Below, piece after piece: positions 1-9,490 of a stretch of DNA of 64,000 bases. The stretch is from assembly GCF_009914755.1 (NCBI RefSeq), contig NC_060925.1. One strand, 5' to 3'. A model generated the notes under the pieces. The model saw only the letters and a list, made by a program, of their open reading frames with translations. It was not told the origin of the DNA and did no database searches. The stretch comes from the human T2T-CHM13v2.0 reference genome, Homo sapiens. Within the stretch, counting starts at the first letter, position 1; every line of letters begins with the position of its first letter. The translations under genes and the position numbers were made by a program.

Positions 1-5
1 GAGGC

Positions 6-22
6 CTTCGTTGGAAACGGGA
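6..22 (+). promoter_or_regulatory. CENP-B box (first example; recurs about every 340 bp, most copies intact)
   Basis: Exact CTTCGTTGGAAACGGGA, matching the core nTTCGnnnnAnnCGGGn; repeated at 346, 686, 1026 and onward. Confidence 0.97.
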
Positions 23-173
23 TTTCTTCATATTATGCTAGACAGAATAATTCTCAGTAACTTCCTTGTGTTGTGTGTATTCAACTCACAGAGTTGAACG
101 ACGCTTTACAGAGAGCAGACTTGAAACACTCTTTTTGTGGAATTTGCAAGTGGAGATTTCAGCCGCTTGAGGT

Positions 174-190
174 CAATGGTAGAAAAGGAA
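174..190 (+). promoter_or_regulatory. A-box / pJalpha-like site in the A-type monomer, at the position homologous to the CENP-B box
   Basis: CAATGGTAGAAAAGGAA lies about half a dimer from each CENP-B box and resembles the pJalpha motif GGTGRAAAAGGAA. Binding cannot be shown from sequence. Confidence 0.6.
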
Positions 191-388
191 ACTATCTTCG
201 TATAAAGACTAGACAGAATGATTCTCAGAAAATCCTTTGTGATGTGTGCGTTCAACTCACAGAGTTTAACTTTTCTTTTCATAGAGCAGTTAGGAAACAC
301 TCTGTTTGTAAAGTCTGCAAGTGGATATTCAGACCTCTTTGAGGCCTTCGTTGGAAACGGGATTTCTTCATATTATGCTAGACAGAAG

Positions 389-728
389 AATTCTCAGTAA
401 CTTCCTTGTGTTGTGTGTATTCAACTCACAGAGTTGAACGATCCTTTACACAGAGCAGAGTTGAAACACTCTTTTTGTGGAATTTGCAAGTGGAGATTTC
501 AGCCGCTTTGAGCTCAATGGTAGAATAGGAAATATCTTCCTATAGAAAATAGACAGAATGATTCTCATAAACTCCTTTGTGATGTGTGCGTTCAACTCAC
601 AGAGTTTAACCTTTCTTTTCATAGAGCAGTTAGGAAACACTCTGTTTGTAAAGTATGCAAGTGGATATTCAGACCTGCTTGAGGCCTTCGTTGGAAACGG
701 GATTTCTTCATATTATGCTAGACAGAAT
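389..728 (+). repeat. Representative generic 'D' dimer (171-bp A-type monomer + 169-bp CENP-B-box monomer); D variants make up about two thirds of the window
   Basis: AATTCTCAGTAAC at 389, homologous GATTCTCA at 560, next AATTCTCAGTAAC at 729. The EcoRI site is polymorphic (GAAGAATTC vs GAATAATTC). Confidence 0.95.
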
Positions 729-3700
729 AATTCTCAGTAACTTCCTTGTGTTGTGTGTATTCAACTCACAGAGTTGAACGACGCTTTACAGAGAGCAGAC
801 TTGAAACACTCTTTTTGTGGAATTTGCAAGTGGAGATTTCAGCCGCTTGAGGTCAATGGTAGAACAGGAAACTATCTTCGTATAAAGACTAGACAGAATG
901 ATTCTCAGAAAATCCTTTGTGATGTGTGCGTTCAACTCACAGAGTTTAACATTTCTTTTCATAGAGCAGTTAGGAAACACTCTGTTTGTAAAGTCTGCAA
1001 GTGGATATTCAGACCTCTTTGAGGCCTTCGTTGGAAACGGGATTTCTTCATATTCTGCTAGACAGAAGAATTCTCAGTAACTTCCTTGTGTTGTGTGTAT
1101 TCAACTCACAGAGTTGAACGATCCTTTACACAGAGCAGTCTTGAAACGCTCTTTTTGTGGAATTTGCAAGTGGAGATTTCAGCCGCTTTGAGGTCAATAG
1201 TAGAAAAGGAAATATCTTCGTAGAAAAACTAGACAGAATGATTCTCATAAACTCCTTTGTGATGTGTGCGTTCAACTCACAGAGTTTAACCTTTCTTTTC
1301 ATAGAGCAGTTAGGAAACACTCTGTTTGTAAAGTATGCAAGTGGATATTCAGACCTGCTTGAGGCCTTCGTTGGAAACGGGATTTCTTCATATTATGCTA
1401 GACAGAATAATTCTCAGTAACTTCCTTGTGTTGTGTGTATTCAACTCACAGAGTTGAACGACGCTTTACAGAGAGCAGACTTGAAACACTCTTTTTGTGG
1501 AATTTGCAAGTGGAGATTTCAGCCGCTTGAGGTCAATGGTAGAAAAGGAAACTATCTTCGTATAAAGACTAGACAGAATGATTCTCAGAAAATCCTTTGT
1601 GATGTGTGCGTTCAACTCACAGAGTTTAACCTTTCTTTTCATAGAGCAGTTAGGAAACACTCTGTTTGTAAAGTCTGCAAGTGGATATTCAGACCTCTTT
1701 GAGGCCTTCGTTGGAAACGGGATTTCTTCATATTCTGCTAGACAGAAGAATTCTCAGTAACTTCCTTGTGTTGTGTGTATTCAACTCAAAGAGTTGCACG
1801 ATCATTTACACAGAGCAGACTTGAAACACTCTTTTTGTGGAATTTGCAAGTGGAGATTTCAGCCGCTTTGAGCTCAATGGTAGAATAGGAAATATCTTCC
1901 TATAGAAACTAGACAGAATGATTCTCATAAACTCCTTTGTGATGTGTGCGTTCAACTCACAGAGTTTAACCTTTCTTTTCATAGAGCAGTTAGGAAACAC
2001 TCTGTTTGTAAAGTATGCAAGTGGATATTCAGACCTGCTTGAGGCCTTCGTTGGAAACGGGATTTCTTCATATTATGCTAGACAGAATAATTCTCAGTAA
2101 CTTCCTTGTGTTGTGTGTATTCAACTCACAGAGTTGAACGACGCTTTACAGAGAGCAGACTTGAAACACTCTTTTTGTGGAATTTGCAAGTGGAGATTTC
2201 AGCCGCTTGAGGTCAATGGTAGAAAAGGAAACTATCTTCGTATAAAGACTAGACAGAATGATTCTCAGAAAATCCTTTGTGATGTGTGCGTTCAACTCAC
2301 AGAGTTTAACATTTCTTTTCATAGAGCAGTTAGGAAACACTCTGTTTGTAAAGTCTGCAAGTGGATATTCAGACCTCTTTGAGGCCTTCGTTGGAAACGG
2401 GATTTCTTCATATTCTGCTAGACAGAAGAATTCTCAGTAACTTCCTTGTGTTGTGTGTATTCAACTCACAGAGTTGAACGATCCTTTACACAGAGCAGTC
2501 TTGAAACGCTCTTTTTGTGGAATTTGCAAGTGGAGATTTCAGCCGCTTTGAGGTCAATAGTAGAAAAGGAAATATCTTCGTAGAAAAACTAGACAGAATG
2601 ATTCTCATAAACTCCTTTGTGATGTGTGCGTTCAACTCACAGAGTTTAACCTTTCTTTTCATAGAGCAGTTAGGAAACACTCTGTTTGTAAAGTATGCAA
2701 GTGGATATTCAGACCTGCTTGAGGCCTTCGTTGGAAACGGGATTTCTTCATATTATGCTAGACAGAATAATTCTCAGTAACTTCCTTGTGTTGTGTGTAT
2801 TCAACTCACAGAGTTGAACGACGCTTTACAGAGAGCAGACTTGAAACACTCTTTTTGTGGAATTTGCAAGTGGAGATTTCAGCCGCTTTGAGGTCAATAG
2901 TAGAAAAGGAAATATCTTCGTAGAAAAACTAGACAGAATGATTCTCAGAAACTCCTTTGTGATGTGTGTGTTCAACTCACAGAGGTTAACCTTTCTTTTC
3001 ATAGAGCAGTTAGTAAACACTCTGTTTATAAAGTCTGCAAGTGGATATTCAGACCCCTTTGAGGCCTTCGTTGGAAACGGGATTTCTTCATATTATGCTA
3101 GACAGAATAATTCTCAGTAACTTCCTCGTGTTGTGTGTATTCAACTCACAGAGTTGAACGATCCTTTACAGAGAGCAGACTTGAAACACTCTTTTTGTGG
3201 AATTTGCAAGTGGAGATTTCAGCCGCTTTGAGGTCAAAGGTAGAATAGGAAATATCTTCCTATAGAAACTAGACAGAATGATTCTCAGAAACTCCTTTGT
3301 GATGTGTGCGTTCAACTCACAGAGTTTAACCTTTCTTTTCATAGAGCAGTTAGGAAACACTCTGTTTGTAAAGTCTGCACGTGGATATTTTGACCACTTA
3401 GAGGCCTTCGTTGGACCGGGTTTTTTGCATGTAAGGCTAAACAGAAGAATTCCCAGTAACTTCCTTGTGTTGTGTGCATTCAACTCACAGAGTTGAACGT
3501 TCCCTTAGACAGAGCAGATTTGAAACACTCTATTTGTGCAATTTGCAAGTGTAGATTTCAAGCGCTTTAAGGTCAATGGCAGAAAAGGAAATATCTTCGT
3601 TTCAAAACTAGACAGAATCATTCCCACAAACTGCGTTGTGATGTGTTCGTTCAACTCACAGAGTTTAACCTTTCTGTTCATAGAGCAGTTAGGAAACACT

Positions 3701-6700
3701 CTGTTTGTAAAGTCTGTAAGTGGATATTCTGACATCTTGTGGCCTTCGTTGGAAACGGGATTTCTTCATATTCTGCTAGACGGAAGAATTCTCAGTAACT
3801 TCCTTGTGTTGCGTGTATTCAACTCACAGAGTTGAACGATCCTTTACACAGAGCAGACTTGAAACACTCTTTTTGTGGAATTTGCAAGTGGAGATTTCAG
3901 CCGCTTTGAGGTCAATGGTAGAAAAGTAAATATCTTCGTATAAAACTAGACAGAATGATTCTCAGAAACTCCTTTGGGATGTGTGCGTTCAACTCACAGA
4001 GTTTAACCTTTCTTTTCATAGAGCAGTTAGGAAACACTCTGTTTGTAAAGTCTGCAAGTGGATATTCAGACCTCTTTGAGGCCTTCGTTAGAAACGGGAT
4101 TTCTTCATATTCTGCTAGACAGAAGAATTCTCAGTAACTTCCTTGTGTTGTGTGTATTCAACTGACAGAGTTGAACTTTCATTTAGAGAGAGCAGATTTG
4201 AAACACTGTTTTTGTGGAATTTGCAAGTGGAGATTTCAAGCGCTTTGGGGCCAAAGACAGAAAAGGAAATATCTTCGTATAAAAACTAGACAGAATCATT
4301 CTCAGAAACTGCTGCGTGATGTGTGCGTTCAACTCTCAGAGTTTAACTTTTCTTTTCATTCAGCCGTTTGGAAACACTCTGTTTGTAAAGTCTGCACGTG
4401 GATATTTTGACCACTTAGAGGCCTTCGTTGGAAACGGGTTTTTTGCATGTAAGGCTAAACAGAAGAATTCCCAGTAACTTCCTTGTGTTGTGTGCATTCA
4501 ACTCACAGAGTTGAACGTTCCCTTAGACAGAGCAGATTTGAAACACTCTATTTGTGCAATTTGCAAGTGTAGATTTCAAGCGCTTTAAGGTCAATGGCAG
4601 AAAAGGAAATATCTTCGTTTCAAAACTAGACAGAATCATTCCCACAAACTGCGTTGTGATGTGTTCGTTCAACTCACAGAGTTTAACCTTTCTGTTCATG
4701 GAGCAGTTAGGAAACACTCTGTTTGTAAAGTCTGTAAGTGGGTATTCTGACATCTTGTGGCCTTCGTTGGAAACGGGATTTCTTCATATTCTGCTAGACG
4801 GAAGAATTCTCAGTAACTTCCTTGTGTTGTGTGTGTTCAACTAACAGAGTTGAACGATCCTTTACACAGAGCAGACTTGAAACACTCTTTTTGTGGAATT
4901 TGCAAGTGGAGATTTCAGCCGCTTTGAGGTCAATGGTAGAATAGGAAATATCTTCCTATAGAAGCTAGACAGAATGATTCTCAGAAACTCCTTTGTGATG
5001 TGTGCGTTCAACTCACAGAGTTTAACCTTTCTTTTCATAGAGCAGTTAAGAAACACTCTGTTTGTAAAGTCTGCACGTGGATATTTTGACCACTTAGAGG
5101 CCTTCGTTGGAAACGGGTTTTTTTCATGTAAGGCTAGACAGAAGAATTCCCAGTAACTTCCTTGTGTTGTGTGCATTCAACTCACAGAGTTGAACGTTCC
5201 CTTAGACAGAGCAGATTTGAAACACTCTATTTGTGCAATTTGCAAGTGTAGATTTCAAGCGCTTTAAGGTCAATGGCAGAAAAGGAAATATCTTCGTTTC
5301 AAAACTAGACAGAATCATTCCCACAAACTGCGTTGTGATGTGTTCGTTCAACTCACAGAGTTTAACCTTTCTGTTCATAGAGCAGTTAGGAAACACTCTG
5401 TTTGTAAAGTCTGTAAGTGGATATTCTGACATCTTGTGGCCTTCGTTGGAAACGGGATTTCTTCATATTCTGCTAGACAGAAGAATTCTCAGTAACTTCC
5501 TTGTGTTGTGTGTATTCAACTCACAGAGTTGAACGATCCTTTACACAGAGCAGACTTGAAACACTCTTTTTGTGGAATTTGCAAGTGGAGATTTCAGCCG
5601 CTTTGAGGTCAATGGTAGAAAAGGAAATATCTTCGTATAAAGACTAGACAGAATGATTCTCAGAAACTCCTTTGTGATGTGTGCGTTCAACTCACAGAGT
5701 TTAACCTTTCTGTTCATAGAGCAGTTAGGAAACACTCTGTTTGTAAAGTCTGCAAGTGGATATTCAGACCTCCTGGAGACCTTCGTTGGAAACGGGATTT
5801 CTTCATATTCTGCTAGACAGAAGAATTCTCAGTAACTTCCTTGTGTTGTGTGTATTCAACTCACAGAGTGGAACGATCGTTTACACAGGGCAGACTTGAA
5901 AAACTCTTTTTGTGGAATTTGCAAGTGGAGATTTCAGCCGCTTTGAGGTCAATGGTAGAAAAGGAAATATCTTCGTATAAAGACTAGACAGAATGATTCT
6001 CAGAAACTCCTTTGTGATGTGTGCGTTCAACTCACAGAGTTTAACTTTTCTTTTCATAGAGCAGTTAGGAAACACTCTGTTTGTAAAGTCTGCAAGTGGA
6101 TATTCAGACCGCTTTGAGGCCTTCGTTGAAAACGGGATTTCTTCATATTATGCTAGACAGAATAATTCTCAGTAACTTCCTTGTGTTGTGTGTATTCAAC
6201 TCACAGAGTTGAACGATCCTTTACAGAGAGCAGACTTGAAACACTCTTTTTGTGGAATTTGCAAGTGGAGATTTCAGCCGCTTTGAGGTCAAAGGTAGAA
6301 TAGGAAATATCTTCCTATAGAAACTAGACAGAATGATTCTCAGAAACTCCTTTGTGATGTGTGCTTTCAACTCACAGAGTTTAACCTTTCTTTTCATAGA
6401 GCAGTTAGGAAACACTCTGTTTGTAAAGTCTGCAAGTGGATATTCAGACCTCTTTGAGGCCTTCGTTGGAAACGGGATTTCTTCATATTCTGCTAGACAG
6501 AAGAATTCCCAGTAACTTCCTTGTGTTGTGTGCATTCAACTCACAGAGCTGAACGTTCCCTTAGACAGAGCAGATTTGAAACACTCTATTTGTGCAATTT
6601 GCAAGTGTAGATTTCAAGCGCTTTAAGGTCAATGGCAGAAAAGGAAATATCTTCGTTTCAAAACTAGACAGAATCATTCCCACAAACTGCGTTGTGATGT

Positions 6701-9469
6701 GTTCGTTCAACTCACAGAGTTTAACCTTTCTCTTCATAGAGCAGTTAGGAAACACTCTGTTTGTAAAGTCTGTAAGTGGATATTCTGACATCTTGTGGCC
6801 TTCGTTGGAAACGGGATTTCTTCATATTCTGCTAGACAGAAGAATTCTCAGTAACTTCCTTGTGTTGTGTGTATTCAACTCACAGAGTTGAACGATCCTT
6901 TACACAGAGCAGACTTGAAACACTCTTTTTGTGGAATTTGCAAGTGGAGATTTCAGCCGCTTTGAGGTCAATGGTAGAAAAGGAAATATCTTCGTATAAA
7001 GACTAGACAGAATGATTCTCAGAAACTCCTTTGTGATGTGTGCGTTCAACTCACAGAGTTTAACCTTTCTGTTCATAGAGCAGTTAGGAAACACTCTGTT
7101 TGAAAAGTCTGCAAGTGGATATTCAGACCTCCTTGAGGCCTTCGTTGGAAACGGGATTTATTCATATTCTGCTAGACAGAAGAATTCTCAGTAACTTCCT
7201 TGTGTTGTGTGTATTCAACTCACAGAGTTGAACGATCCTTTACACAGAGCAGACTTGAAACACTCTTTTTGTGGAATTTGCATGTGGAGATTTCAGCCGC
7301 TTTGAGGTCAATGGTAGAAAAGGATTTATCTTCGTATAAAGACTAGACAGAATGATTCTCAGAAACTCCTTTGTGATGTGTGCGTACAACTCACAGAGTT
7401 TAACTTTTCTTTTCATAGAGCAGTTAGGAAACACTCTGTTTGTAAAGTCTGCAAGTGGATATTCAGACCTCTTTGAGGCCTTCGTTGGAAACGGGATTTC
7501 TTCATATTCTGCTAGACAGAAGAATTCTCAGTAACTTCCTTGTGTTGTGTGTATTCAACTCACAGAGTTGAACGATCCTTTACACAGAGCAGACTTGAAA
7601 CACTCTTTTTGTGGAATTTGCAAGTGGAGATTTCAGCCGCTTTGAGGTCAATGGTAGAATAGGAAATATCTTCCTATAGAAACTAGACAGAATGATTCTC
7701 ATAATCTCCTTTGTGATGTGTCCGTTCAACTCACAGAGTTTAACCTACCTTTTCATAGAGCAGTTAGGAAACACTCTGTTTGTAAAGTCTGCAAGTGGAT
7801 ATTCAGACCTCCTTGAGGCCTTCGTTGGAAACGGGATTTCTTCATATTCTGCTAGACAGAAGAATTCTCAGTAACTTCCTTGTGTTGTGTGTATTCAACT
7901 GACAGAGTTGAACGATCCTTTACACAGAGCAGACTTGAAACACTCTTTTTGTGGAATTTGCAAGTGGAGATTTCAGCCGCTTTGAGGTCAATGGTAGAAA
8001 AGGAAACTATCTTCGTATAAAGACTAGACAGAATGATTCTCAGAAAATCCTTTGTGATGTGTGCGTTCAACTCACAGAGTTTAACCTTTCTGTTCATAGA
8101 GCAGTTAGGAAACACTCTGTTTGTAAAGTCTGCAAGTGGATATTCAGACCTCCTTGAGTCCTTCGTTGGAAACGGGATTTCTTCATATTCTGCTAGACAG
8201 AAGAATTCTCAGTAACTTCCTTGTGTTGTGTGTATTCAACTCACAGAGTTGAACGATCCTTTACACAGAGCAGACTTGAAACACTCTTTTTGTGGAATTT
8301 GCAAGTGGAGATTTCAGCCGCTTTGAGGTCAATAGTAGAAAAGGAAATATCTTCGTAGAAAAACTAGACAGAATGATTCTCAGAAACTCCTTTGTGATGT
8401 GTGTGTTCAACTCACAGAGTTTAACCTTTCTTTTCATAGAGCAGTTAGTAAACACTCTGTTTATAAAGTCTGCAAGTGGATATTCAGACCCCTTTGAGGC
8501 CTTCGTTGGAAACGGGATTTCTTCATATTATGCTAGACAGAAGAATTCTCAGTAACTTCCTTGTGTTGTGTGTATTCAACTGACAGAGTTGAACTTTCAT
8601 TTAGAGAGAGCAGATTTGAAACACTGTTTTTGTGGAATTTGCAAGTGGAGATTTCAAGCGCTTTGGGGCCAAAGGCAGAAAAGGAAATATCTTCGTATAA
8701 AAACTAGACAGAATCATTCTCAGAAACTGCTGCGTGATGTGTGCGTTCAACTCTCAGAGTTTAACTTTTCTTTTCATTCAGCGGTTTGGAAACACTCTGT
8801 TTGTAAAGTCTGCACGTGGATATTTTGACCACTTAGAGGCCTTCGTTGGAAACGGGTTTTTTGCATGTAAGGCTAGACAGAAGAATTCCCAGTAACTTCC
8901 TTGTGTTGTGTGCATTCAACTCACAGAGTTGAACGTTCCCTTAGACAGAGCAGATTTGAAACACTCTATTTGTGCAATTTGCAAGTGTAGATTTCAAGCG
9001 CTTTAAGGTCAATGGCAGAAAAGGAAATATCTTCGTTTCAAAACTAGACAGAATCATTCCCACAAACTGCGTTGTGATGTGTTCGTTCAACTCACAGAGT
9101 TTAACCTTTCTTTTCATAGAGCAGTTAGGAAACACTCTGTTTGTAAAGTCTGCAAGTGGATATTCAGACCTCCTTGAGGCCTTCTTTGGAAACGGGATTT
9201 CTTCATATTCTGCTAGGCAGAAGAATTCTCAGTAATTTCCTTGTGTTGTGTGTATTCAACTCACAGAGTTGAACGATCCTTTACACAGAGCAGACTTGAA
9301 ACACTCTTTTTGTGGAATTTGCAAGTGGAGATTTCAGCCGCTTTGAGGTCAATGGTAGAAAAGGAAATATCTTCGTATAAAGAGTAGACAGAAAGATTCT
9401 CAGAAACTCCTTTGTGATGTATGCGTTCAACTCACAGAGTTTAAATTTTCTTTTCATAGAGCAGTTAGG

Positions 9470-9490
9470 AAACACTCTGGAAACGGGATT
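9470..9490 (+). other. 49-bp deletion junction removing the 5' half of a CENP-B box (also at ~19627, 21617, 50786, 61273)
   Basis: Reads GGAAACACTCTG|GAAACGGGA instead of GGAAACACTCTG-TTTGTAAAG...CCTTCGTTG-GAAACGGGA; the local period drops from 340 to about 291 bp. Confidence 0.95.

Larger units (their letters stand above)
1..2830 (+). repeat. Pure-D block with nested 680-bp and 1360-bp periodicity
   Basis: The dimer with ACGCTTTACA/GCCGCTTGA/AAACTATC recurs at 73, 753, 1433, 2113. Intervening dimers alternate between GAGCTCAATGG type (446, 1806) and CAGTC/AAACGCT/AATAGTAG type (1126, 2486). Confidence 0.9.

Noticed and set aside
4335-4460. CACGTG E-box and T-runs in X dimers as regulatory or terminator signals
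   Set aside because: These are short motifs expected as fixed variants of the X monomer, with no supporting promoter, gene or hairpin-terminator context.
6121-6137. Variant boxes such as CTTCGTTGAAAACGGGA, CTTCGTTAGAAACGGGA, CTTCGTGGGAAACGGGA, CTTCGCTGTAAACGGGA and X-type ...CGGGT as dead CENP-B sites
   Set aside because: All keep the nine core bases nTTCGnnnnAnnCGGGn, so they were not counted as inactivated.
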